This document shows, piece by piece, positions 1 to 10,149 of a DNA stretch of 64,000 nucleotides. The DNA comes from the human T2T-CHM13v2.0 reference genome, Homo sapiens: assembly GCF_009914755.1 (NCBI RefSeq), contig NC_060934.1; one strand, written 5' to 3'. Every line of letters begins with the position of its first letter. The first letter of the stretch is position 1. Both the position numbers and the translations under genes were made by a program. The notes below the pieces were generated by a model. It did no database searches. It worked only from the letters and a program-made list of their open reading frames with translations, and was not told the DNA's origin.

Positions 1-28
1 CTGAGGCCATGCTCAGACCCAAACTCAC

Positions 29-183
29 CTGATTCTGAAAGCCCATGTTAGGGACATTGCACCTGACAGCAGCATCATTCTCATGTTGGCAACCATTCTG
101 GGACCCTTCCAGGGCAGGGCAGTCGCTGAGGGTCCGCTCATATCCCCTGCAGCGCACCTCACTCAGGTGGATGGGCCCTAGCC
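29..183 (-). CDS. LOXL4: LOXL4 coding exon 8 (end of SRCR3: GLGPIHLSEVRC...NVPNMGFQNQ)
   Basis: Acceptor catctag|GG at 184-185, donor CAG|gtgagt at 23-28. 155 nt, cumulative CDS 1260 nt, in frame. The gene continues beyond the window start. Confidence 0.97.
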
Positions 184-359
184 CTAGATGGGGAGAGAGG
201 TGCTGTGTGCGAGGCTCCATCTCCGTAACCCCACACTTGTGGCTTCCCCTTCACAGAGGGGGATAACTTTCTGTCCTGGCCCTGTCACCCCAGGGCCTTC
301 AAGACATGGACCAGTGGCATATCCAGGCCTTCTAACCCCTCCCAGGCTGTCTCACTCAC

Positions 360-543
360 CTTGGCCCAGCCGGGCCCCAAAGAGGGCCTCCCGAGCAGAG
401 CCAAAGCCCAGCTGACGACACACGACACTGGCAGAGATGAGGTTCCACCTGTGGTCACAGACCGTGCCCCACTGGCGGTTCATGAGCACTTCCACCCGGC
501 CCTCGCCCACCTGGGCCCCGGAGCGCAGGCGCACCCTCGGCTC
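360..543 (-). CDS. LOXL4: LOXL4 coding exon 7 (SRCR3 start: [19 protein letters not shown]...LGQ)
   Basis: Acceptor cagcag|GAG, donor AAG|gtgagt. 184 nt. SRCR motifs GRVEV, WGTVCD and VVCRQLG. Confidence 0.97.
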
Positions 544-776
544 CTGCTGGGAGAAACCTGCTTCAGGGACGGCTGAGGAGGAGGCACCAGCAGGGGCTGA
601 GCCCCCACAGCGGGATCCCCAACGGGGCTCCTTCAAGTTCCATGGCGGTGGCCAGAGCCAAGGATGGGGAGTTCCAGTCCTGCTTCTGACTTCCCATAGC
701 TGTCACCCTGAATAAGCTGTTTTTCTTGATCTCCATTTCTTCAATGACCAATCACCCCCACAGCCTCATCAAGGAT

Positions 777-1054
777 GCCGTCTCAAGTGTGGCGCTAAGG
801 CATCTGTACCACCTCACAAGGCCATCTCAGTGTGGCACTAAGGTGTCTGTACCACCTCACGAGGCTATCTCAGTGTGGCACTAAGGTATCTGTACCACCT
901 CACGAGGCCATCTCAGTGTGGCACTAAGGTGTCTGTACCACCTCACGAGGCCATCTCAGTGTGGCGCTGAGGCATCTGTACCACCTCACGGCATCTGTAC
1001 CACCTCATGAGGGCATCTCAGTTTGGCACTGAGGCGTCTCTACCACCTCATAAG
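777..1054. repeat. 43-bp minisatellite in LOXL4 intron 6, about 6.4 copies
   Basis: Unit gccatctcagtgtggcactaaggtgtctgtaccacctcacgag starts at about 777, 821, 864, 907, 950 and 1012, with a 19-bp partial copy near 990. Confidence 0.95.
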
Positions 1055-1387
1055 CACTTGCTCATCTCCTCTTTAAAACAAAGGAGCAGGCTCAGGAGCA
1101 GGCTCAGGATCAGTACCAGCCCTCAGTGGAATGTAGTTAGGATTTAATTACTGTTTTTACGGTCACCTTCTATTCAAGGCGGGTGATGTCAGCTTTCCAT
1201 TTATGGTAGGGCTATAAATGATCCCTTTTAAATACATTCCAAGGTTCTACAGTTCTGTGATTCACTCTCCTCCTCCCAGTCTGGTTCCTCTCTCCTGCGT
1301 GTCCTGGACCTCCCCGCACCCCCCACCAGGCAGTGTCCCGCCCGTGCCTCCAAGCTGTGGTGTGAGTGCAGGATGCCCAGGGCTCAC

Positions 1388-1607
1388 CTCTGCCCAGGAC
1401 CCTTTGCGTTGTGGCTTTGTCTTCGGTGGGCGGAAGTGAGGCCCTGCCACACAGCTGACCACAGCGTGCATGCCACCTGGGCAGGCTGGCCGCAGCTTGC
1501 CCCGGGCTGGAGCCACCTGCACCTGGCAGTTGGCCATGTGGGGCTCTGTCCCCAGGCAGGTGACCTGGTGGATCCAGAAGGAGTTCTTATTCGTCAGGCT
1601 CTTCAGC
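1388..1607 (-). CDS. LOXL4: LOXL4 coding exon 6 (end of SRCR2 plus linker: LKSLTNKNSFWIHQVTC...GSWAE)
   Basis: Acceptor tag|G, donor GAG|gtgagc. 220 nt, cumulative 921 nt. Confidence 0.97.
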
Positions 1608-1769
1608 CTAGAGGACAAGGGAGACTGAGGGTGGAGGAAGGGCTGAGGGAAGAGCTTCAGGACTAAGGGAGGCCAAGGTAGAAAGGAGGGAAGGGGAGGG
1701 TAGGGGATGGGATAGAGGCCCTTCATGCCACACCCCTTTGCCTCCTCCCTCTAGGGTGCTGCTCCTCAC

Positions 1770-1808
1770 CTAGACTTAGGGTCCCTCATCTTCAGATCCC
1801 AGACTTTC
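1770..1808 (-). CDS. LOXL4: LOXL4 coding exon 5, 39-nt microexon (R-KVWDLKMRDPKS-R)
   Basis: Too short for the ORF track. Acceptor cccataacag|G, donor TAG|gtgagg, phase 2-2. It supplies the residues recalled for LOXL4 between exons 4 and 6. Confidence 0.95.
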
Positions 1809-3300
1809 CTGTTATGGGAGAAAACAGATAGGAGGTGGAAGGGGTGTGGAAGTCCCACCCCCTGCCACCTGGTTCCTCATAGTTGTCCTTAAGTTTGCAC
1901 AGGACTTTACATTTTGTAAACTTATTCACTAATCTGATTTCAATGCTGAGCTTCACAGCAGCCCTGACGGGGTGGCCACCTCACAAATAACCATTTTACA
2001 AGGAAGGCAAGCAAGGTCCCTCGGCCAGTCCTAGAGTGGGGGCAGGTGGATCAGGCTTGCCCTCTCCGAAGTCCAGAGGAAGGGGAGCATTTAGGGAGGG
2101 CCCAAGAGAAGGGGCCCTCTGGGGATAGGTGGGAGGTGAAGGCCTTGCTGGTGGGGGCGGCCCGCCCAGAGACACCCAGGCTACCATCAGGCCTGCCCTC
2201 CTCATGGGTGGCAGGCAAGTCAGCGAGACCCAGGTGTGCAATTACCAGGCAGGGGGAGTCAGGCTGCATCCCAGGATCCCCAAGGATGGAGCCAGGGGCT
2301 GACCAGCACCCCTGTTTCCTCAGAACGGGGTTCCTCTAAGTCACTGCAACAAGGGCCTTCTAACCCTTTAGGGAAGCAGGATCAAACTGATTGGGGTGGC
2401 AGATGACTCAGACGTACTACGGGAGACTTCTCACTTGATGGGAAACACACAAGTCCTCCCTGACACGGATCTGGCAGAACCATGACTGTGGCTGTCGTTT
2501 ACTGGTTGATGCAATCAGTTGTGACAGTTCCGCCTTGTTTCTGACAGAATATTTTTATGTCTCCTCTCTCCAGGTGCCCCACCCCACGCCTCACTTACAC
2601 ACAACCCAGTCACAGCCTGGCTTGATCAGAGCTGAGGAAATTCAGGAGGGAAGCGTTGGGATATTCGCAGTGGAATTGAGGATGGAGGCTCAGAGGCCCT
2701 CCCCAAAGCCCTAACGCCAGTCACTGGCTGAGCTGAGGCCAGAACAGTTTGTCTAAACTCTACACGTGGGTGTCACTGCAAGTATCTGCAGGAAAGTCTA
2801 GTGTTTTAACCAAGGACACGCGGTTTTATGTTCAACTGTTTTCACCGGGGGCGGGGGGTGGGGGGGCGTTCTGTACCTAGTTAATTCTGTTTACATAATT
2901 CGAGAGTGCAGTGTTTGTTTTCTGACTGTTTCTAGGTATTTCCCAGGATCCTGAAGGTCCTCCTTATTCACTTTCCTGTTTATTATTCTGAGGCACCCGT
3001 GAAGCAAGAAATCTGGGCACATTCCTCAGTAGGGCCTGTTTTCTCTCCCCCAATCCCAACACCTGCTGGATGTCCTGCCACAGACAACACCACTGCCAGT
3101 CAGTACTCACTGAACTCTGCGAGGTCCCACATGCCACACACATCACACACTCGCCTGTGTGCATACTTACTTGCCCCTCACATGAGTCCACACGCAGACT
3201 CATGCACACACCCTACATCACATGCACGCACATGAACACACACTCAGTCCCTGCCCCACAACCCTGCCTCCTGTGGGGCCTACGCCAGCCGCCCTCCTAC

Positions 3301-3506
3301 CTGTAGTAGTGGCTGTCGACAGGCACCTCGCTGGGGAAGCCCAGCATCCCGCACACCACCCTGCTGTTGTTCATGGTCCAGCCCTGGTCACACACCTGCC
3401 GCCAGTGGCCCTCATACTTCACCTCCACGGCTCCCTCGGTCACTGGGCTATGCTGCTTGGCACTGGCAAGGATGGGCTTGAGCCGCACCTCCTCCAGCCG
3501 CCGGCC
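3301..3506 (-). CDS. LOXL4: LOXL4 coding exon 4 (SRCR2 start: [17 protein letters not shown]...DSHYYR; contains NNS sequon)
   Basis: Acceptor gcag|GGC, donor CAG|gtagga. 206 nt, cumulative 662 nt. Confidence 0.97.
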
Positions 3507-4413
3507 CTGCGGGGTGCACAGTCACCTGTGGGCCTCGGGGCTCCTGCTCCTCCAGTGGAGCCTGCTGCAGATCTTCATGCAGAAAGGCTGGGGCTTGGAG
3601 CTTTTCGAGACCATCCCACCCAGCCCGGTCATTGAACAGGCCAGGAAACTGAGGCCCAGAGAAGGGGAGGCATTATCAAAGGCCACAGAGTAAGTGCAAG
3701 GCAGAACCTCAGCTTGTCTAAGCCCTTTCCCTCAGTTCCTCGAATTTGTCAAATTGGAGAGAACTAGGCAGATCTGGCCCCCGCTGGGATCAGGATGGGA
3801 GCCCTTGGAGTTTGGGAGGCTTTTGCTGGGCATGGAAGGGCCTTCTCTGTACCACCCTGAGAGAGCTGAGATGGGCATAGACCAGCTGCTTGAGACCACA
3901 GCAGGATCCTATGGCCCACAAGAACCCCCAACCCTAGCCCTGGGATGACTTAGACCAGTACAGAGTCCCCATCACAACACGCTGCATTCAGTGGCCATGG
4001 CCAGCTGTCCTGAGGCTGGAGGCTGCCTGGCAGCAGAGCCCTGCCCTGCCCGCTCCTGTTGTTTGGCTTGGGCTGTTTTTAGCTCAGGGTTGTTTGTGCT
4101 GGGAAGAGGCAGCAATTGTGGCCAGGCCTCATGGATGAGGGAGCCCCTTACCCAGTGCTGTCTCCCTTATGGGAGCAGCTTCTGCGATTCCCAGTGGGGT
4201 CAGCTCTGGTCCTCTGGCCTGCCTTGCCTCAGGCTGGGGCCCTCTATTTATGCACCTGCTGCAGGGCACACTCAGGAGTCGGCGGCCTGGGGACGATGCT
4301 CAGTGCAGACTGCACCCTTTCCCCTCGCTTATCCTCTAGGCCCGTCTTCTGGGAGGCTCTCTGTTCTCTGACCCAGCCCTTGGCTCAGACCAGAGCCTGA
4401 ACAGCCTCCTCAC

Positions 4414-4592
4414 CTGGGGCCCAAGGGCATTGGAGACAGTTTCAGAAAGGTAGCCACGATGGCGCCGGGGGTGGCATATCACCCCTACGTCTTCTGAGTG
4501 ACTGCAGTCACTGACTCCCCAGCCATTAGACCCGCACTGGTCCAAGGAGCTCTCTGTGCCCACACAGCGCACATTGTCCAGCCAGATGGGTC
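4414..4592 (-). CDS. LOXL4: LOXL4 coding exon 3 (end of SRCR1: [10 protein letters not shown]...NALGPQ)
   Basis: Acceptor ctccacag|GA, donor CAG|gtgagg. 179 nt, cumulative 456 nt. Confidence 0.97.
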
Positions 4593-5121
4593 CTGTGGAG
4601 TGGAGGTGATGCTCAAAGATGGCACAGAGAGGCAGGTCACAGGCTCTGCCTCCTGCATAGGACCCCACACTTACCAAGTCACCTCTTCCAAACCCTGGGA
4701 GAAAGTGGCAGGGAGGAGGAAGTTTGGGTCTCCTGGGGAATAAGTATTTATAACCCTGCCTGCTACCTCCTTTGGGTGCTGGCTCTTAGAGAATCTGTTT
4801 TTGGAAAATGCCGGGTAGCTCTAGGAATCAGACCTACCTGTTTGCCCATTTTTTCATTCAACATTCTCTAAGCACCCACTGTGTGCCAATTGCTATGTTC
4901 AAGGAACTTAGAGTTTAGTGGTGGTGACGGCGGTGGCCTTATTACAAGAGAGAATGGGAGGGTGGGAGTAGGGGCCATGTGCAGCTGAGGCACTCAGGAA
5001 ATGCCGTGTGGAGGAGGTCACATGAGCAGGGTATTAAAGGATGGGTGGGTGTCAGTGAGCCCAGCCCGAGAAGACTGTTACCATCTCCTTGCCATCCCAC
5101 TAGGTGGCACCAGTCACTCAC

Positions 5122-5398
5122 CCTCCCCTTGGCCGTACTTGGCACTGTGGGCCCAGGTCAAGGCAGCTTCGAAGCCCAGCTGGCGGCAAGCCACTGTGGC
5201 CTCCTGGATAGCAAAGTTGTCATCACACACGGTGCCCCACTGGCCCTGGTGCAGCACCTCCAGGCGGCCCTCCTCTGGCTTGCTCTCTGGGCCCACCAGC
5301 CGGAGCTTAGTGGTGCCCAGTGACTGTGGCCTGCTGGGAGGGGGCTGGCCTAGCAGCAGCAGGAACAGAAAGAGGGTGGCTGGTGGGGACCACGCCAT
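5122..5398 (-). CDS. LOXL4: LOXL4 first coding segment in exon 2 (signal peptide MAWSPPATLFLFLLLLG plus SRCR1 start)
   Basis: ATG in strong Kozak context (gtcaccATGG), hydrophobic signal peptide, GRLEV and WGTVCDD motifs. Donor AGG|gtgagt, 277 nt. Exon 2 begins at 5430 (acceptor ttcctcag|), giving 32 nt of 5'UTR. Confidence 0.98.
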
Positions 5399-5539
5399 GG
5401 TGACTTCAAGGACAGCTGAGGCCAAGATACCTGAGGAATGAGTAAACATGACAGTGATCACCACCTCTACCCAGATCTCAGACCTCTGCAGCAATTTGGC
5501 AGCTCCTGGCAAGACAAAGGAAAGAAAACCCCCCTCAAA

Positions 5540-5575
5540 TGTGTGTGTGTGTGTGCACGCGCACACACACACACA
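5540..5575. repeat. (TG)8-CACGCG-(CA)7 alternating purine-pyrimidine inverted microsatellite
   Basis: Direct reading. Bases 5542-5556 are the exact reverse complement of 5561-5575. Confidence 0.95.
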
Positions 5576-5595
5576 GTGGCATTAATTGAGTCTGG

Positions 5596-5800
5596 GCCAG
5601 GTTAGCTGATTTGGTTCAAATCCACCACATTCGCCATGACCTTGAGGAAGTTTAAACTTAACCTCACTGAGTCTCAGTCTCCTCATCTGTAAAATGGGGA
5701 TAGTAATCTCCATCTCACGGTGTTGTTGAGTGTTAAATAAAACACCGTATGGAAAGTGCTTAGCAAAGTCCTAGCATTGGTGAGTACACAATAAACAGCA
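5596..5800 (+). mobile_element. MIR SINE
   Basis: Core motif tgaccttg...ttaacctcactgagtctcagtctcctcatctgtaaaatgggga. Confidence 0.8.
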
Positions 5801-6095
5801 GCTCTTATACACCTAAAATCTTATGTGTAGGTAGACGAGGTGGTCCACCATTTGAGTCACGGGGATGCCCCCAGGGTGCCCTCAGGTCAAGACTATCTAC
5901 CCCAGGGACACTGCCACCACCTTCTGATGTTCCTAGCACCCTAATCAAATGTGTGAAGTGCCGCCTTCACCTAGAAGGCACATGGAAGGCTGGAGCAGAA
6001 AGGGCTATTAGATGGGCATCAAGGACTCCACCACTCATTGGCTGCATGGCTTGGGCAAGTCTCTTCAACTCTCTAGGTCCTGACTCTTTCTTTCT

Positions 6096-6410
6096 TTTTT
6101 CTTTCTTTCTTTCTTTTTTTTTTTTTTTCGAGACAGAGTCTCTCTCTGTCGCCCAGGCTGGACTGCAGTGCTGCAATCTCAGCTCACTGCAACCTCCGCC
6201 TCCCAGGTTTAAGCAATTCTCTGCCTCATCCTCCTGGGTAGCTGGGATTACAGGCGCCCACCACCACGCCCAGCTAATTTTTTTGTATCTGTAGTAGAGA
6301 CGGGGTTTCACCATCTTGGCCACACTGGTCTTGAACTCCTGACCTCGTGATCCATCCGCCTTGGCCTCCCAAAGTGCTGGGATTACAGGTGTGAGCCACT
6401 GTGCCCGGCC
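6096..6410 (-). mobile_element. Full-length AluS (Sg-like) in LOXL4 intron 1, sense to the gene
   Basis: Alu dimer with T-rich tail. TSD ctgactcttt(c/a)tttct at 6080-6095 and 6411-6426. Confidence 0.95.
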
Positions 6411-6513
6411 CTGACTCTTTATTTCTAAAGTGAGGAGATGGAACCACATATCATCTGGATCCCTCCTGCAGCTTGGATAGCCTGTGATAGCCTCACATCC
6501 ATCTAGGCGTATG

Positions 6514-6750
6514 ATTCATGCAGATTCAATACACATTTTTGGAATACTTGCTTCAGGCCAGGTGCTGGGACACAGAAATGAAGACATCGAACACCCTCCC
6601 TACCTTCATGAAGCTCAAGCAAGAAGAATTAGGGAAGCCTTTCAAAGAAGGGACACTTAACCTGAGCCTTATTGGGCAAATAAGATTCTCCTGGGTGAGA
6701 AAAGGGGCATTCGAGATACAGAGAAGAGGATTAGGAAAGAGGGAAAGAGG
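6514..6750 (-). mobile_element. L2 3' fragment
   Basis: attcatgcagattcaatacacatttttggaatacttgcttcaggccaggtgctggg resembles the reverse complement of the L2 3' end. Confidence 0.55.
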
Positions 6751-7517
6751 TGAGTTTGTGCAAGAGCAGGAAGTGCCCTTCTCTTACCCCCAGACCACAG
6801 TGTGGGGGTTTGGAGGGTAAAGAGATGGAGGGACGAGCTGGGGCCAATGATCAAGGGCCATGTGTACTACACAGAGGGTTTGCCTTCATCCTGTAGGAAG
6901 CGAGGGGCCAGGGGAGGGTTTCAGGCGGTAAACAGAGAGGGCCCCTGTCTCCAGGAGGCTGTAATCAGACGTTCTTTGGGTCCTTAGAGAGGGGATGAGG
7001 CTGGGGGCAGGTCCTCTCCCCCTCACACAGCAGCCTTGGTCCCGGGACCAGCAGGTGGAGAAGGGCATAGAGGAGAGAGTCTCAGCTGGTTAGAGCTGTC
7101 AGAGACCTCTGGAGCCACCGAAGCTGAAGCTCCTCCACCCCAAGGCTCTGCTGCCGATGGAAGCTAAGGCCGACCTGGAACAGGGGATGGAGAAGATGGG
7201 CTAAGAAAGCTCGTTCTGATGAGACCTGCCTCTTCCCACGGCCATGGCTCCTCTTGGGGAATCATGCAGCTCATCCGCTTGAGTGGGGAGGCTCTCACAG
7301 GCCCCTGCCACTCTCACTTCCATGGATGGCATCTGCCCTACTCCCTCTCAACGGCCTTGGCCAGCAGGGCTGGGTGGAGTGGGCTCCTAAAAGTGCACTA
7401 AACAAGTTCTGGGAATGAAGCTCCATGGGAGTGGGGATGTGTTGTGTCCCCAGTTCCCAAAATAGTGTCAGATGTGTAGGTGGCACTCATTCATATCTGT
7501 GGTTGCATGGATGGGAG

Positions 7518-7760
7518 GTGGCAGCACAGTGCTTGAGAGCACAGGCTGGGCGGTCAGACTGCTGGGGTTCGAATCCTGCCTCCACCAGTTCATTTGGAAG
7601 TGATCTTGGGCCAGCGATTTAGTTTCTCCCTGCCTCAGTGTCTCCCTCTGTAAAGTGGGGATAATAATAGTAACTACCTCATAGGATTTTTGTAAAGATT
7701 AAGTGAAGAAACATTAAACCCTTAGAAGAGCAAGCCTTCAGTAACAATGAACTATTATTA
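7518..7760 (+). mobile_element. MIR SINE
   Basis: gggttcgaatcctgcctccacc...cctcagtgtctccctctgtaaagtggggataataatagtaactacctcatagg. Confidence 0.85.
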
Positions 7761-9127
7761 ACAGCTACTGTGACAGCGACGATAGAACCGTTGGTCTAGA
7801 TTGGTCCCACCTCCTCTCTGTACAAAGAAGGAAATGGAGGCCACGTCCGATCTCAACTGCAAGTCCTTGGTACTCCTCTTTGCAGCCTTCTCTAGATTTG
7901 CCCCTTTTCCCTCCACCCACACTGCAGAGCCTAGATGCTCCCCTCTCCACTCCCTGAGGCTGTGCAGGGGCTGCCTTCCCATTCTCACCTCTGCAGCTCT
8001 CCCCCTCTGACCCCTCCCACGCTTCCTTTCCAGACTGAAACACTGTCTTCTGCATGTCACTCAGAGGCTTGTGGGGGCTCCCAGCTGGCTGTCCCATGAG
8101 CAGAGTGCTCTCCATTGTTTCCCATTCCCTCCTCCGTGCTCCCTGGAGTAGGAGGTAGACAGCCAGGGACTGAGCCAAACCACTCCCCAGATGGCAAGAA
8201 AGGATGGGACAGATCGGCCTCAGGTCCCTCAGCTATTAGGACCCAGTGGTCACATGGGTCTGGGCTGAGTGACAACCACACCTTCTCTACCACCCCCAGG
8301 AGTTGGAATGCTTCTATCTCTGCCGCCAAATTGTGTCTGGAGTCAAATATTTTCCTTTCTCTGAGTCTCAGCTGAAAAACCTGTAAAATGAGGGGGTGGC
8401 ACTAGACAGCCCCCCAATCCGACATGCTCTGATGGGGCCCAGGGTAGGCTGGGCAGGTCTGCTGTTTGGCTCCTGGCTGAAGTCCCTGACACACTGAGGA
8501 GGTCTTGTTACAGGCTGTGGACAGTCCCAGGCCAGCAGCTCCTTCCTCTCCAAGGGACCAACCTGAGGGCATGGGAGGGCTTCTGCTGTAGGACCCTGGG
8601 GTCTGGGCCAGGGAAGCTCCCTTCCATGAACGCTGCTGGAAGGTGGGGGGACGGCAGCGGGAACCAAGAGTTAGATGCAGGGAGAGCCCCTCTTATTGGC
8701 CTTCCTGCCCACTATAGGCCCCCGAGAGCTTTTGCTCACACCAGACTATAGCCTTCGTCTCCCAGCCTCCAAGCCTTTGCTCTCACTGTTCCTTTCCCTC
8801 TATCTAAGATTGTTAAACTCCTACACATCCCACAAGGCCAGCTCAAATGCCACCCCCTCCATTAAGCCCTCCCACAAAGCCTTCCACAAAGCACATTGTG
8901 TGTTTGCTTCCTGACCCCACAACCAGACTCCACCTGTCTGTTCCCCTAGCACTGAGCACAGAGGACCAAGCTGTGCATCCTCCCTCAGAGAAGGAAGCGG
9001 CCTCGAAAGTGGCCGTTACTTTCCCAAATAAAGGAGAAGGGGACAGAAGAGGGAAGGAAGGTGGAAGGGAAAGAGGAGGGGAGGGAAGTGAGGATAATAA
9101 CTATACATTTTAAAATACGGATTAAAT

Positions 9128-9222
9128 ACTTATCTCCATTTTACAGATGAGAAGGTAAGGTCCAGGGAAGTCAAGTAACTTGCCCAGCCAGGATTCAAAC
9201 CCAAGCAGCCTGGCTAGACGCC
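9128..9222 (-). mobile_element. MIR fragment
   Basis: ccattttacagatgagaa...aagtaacttgcccag...ggattcaaacccaag. Confidence 0.7.
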
Positions 9223-10149
9223 GGACTCTCAAAACCACCAAGAATGGATGTTGGAAGAGGGGGAGGAGGAAAGGAAGGCCGGGAGCCGACTGAAATTCCA
9301 CCCTGTTCTGGTGGATTTATGACCCAGGCCGTGGTGTGAGGGCACTGGGCAGGGTGCTCTTCGCTGAATGCCGAGTGACAGATCCAAGATCTTGCCAGCT
9401 TGAGGCACAGAGGCACCTGCTCCAGGTGTGCCAGGAGATGCTGGGACCTGGCCTGACCTAGCGCAGGTAGGGAGGGCTGAAGACAGCAAATGCCCGAGTA
9501 TTCAAGAGAGAGCATGGGGGGTGCTGTCCTGAGGGTGCAGCAACTTTAGGATGGCTCATCCCTTCTCTGCCGTTGGGCAGCTCTTCTCAGCAGCCTCCTC
9601 TCAGCCCTGTAGCCTCCCCGGGGTTACTGACTCTGTGGACCTGAAGCAGTGCCAACAAATGGTCTCTGAGCTGTACCTGTCCAGGCTAGGAAAGAGGGGG
9701 CTTGAAGTCTTCTGCCCCCTTCCCTTCGGTGTTTCTGTCACACGCCGACCCCCCAACATAATCAGCTCCGGTCTGGATAGTTGGAGAGCCCAGATCAGCC
9801 CTGGTTCGTTGTCCCCCAAGTCGTAAGTGTGACATCTGAACCCGCCTTGCCCCTTCCCTGTCTCCTCCCTGGAAGAAGGCAGAGCAATGGTTACACACGG
9901 CGTGTACACAAACAAGACACGCAGGCACCCCTGAGGCCTGGGCGCACCACTCAGGGCGGGCCTTGGGCCAAGCTCCCCAGCGTGGTCACTTGTCCAGTTG
10001 GAAGCAGGTTGGTGAGCGACTGGAGGGCCGGGCTGAGGGTCCAAGGGATCCCCCATGCCCCCTAGGCCCAGTCTCCAGGAACCCTCAGAGGCCTGCAGAC
10101 CCACAGAGAGACAGAAGGACAGATGGGACAGCAAGAGGCAGACCAAGAG

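Noticed and set aside
777-1054. CRISPR-like array (repeats with an internal palindrome)
   Set aside because: The units are head-to-tail with no unique spacers, there are no cas genes, and it lies in a eukaryotic intron. It is a minisatellite.
1608-1769. In-frame retention of intron 5 (162 nt, a multiple of 3) and ORF 1262-1726
   Set aside because: Read-through from exon 5 gives AGG TGA, an immediate stop. The ORF is exon 6 with intronic extensions.
3222-5441. Plus-strand ORFs overlapping LOXL4 exons
   Set aside because: They are antisense shadows of GC-rich coding exons with no recognisable domains.
5967-6449. Alu-derived ORFs here and at 21084-21390, 30731-31125, 49469-49705 and 53635-53892
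   Set aside because: These are typical Alu translations ([22 protein letters not shown]).
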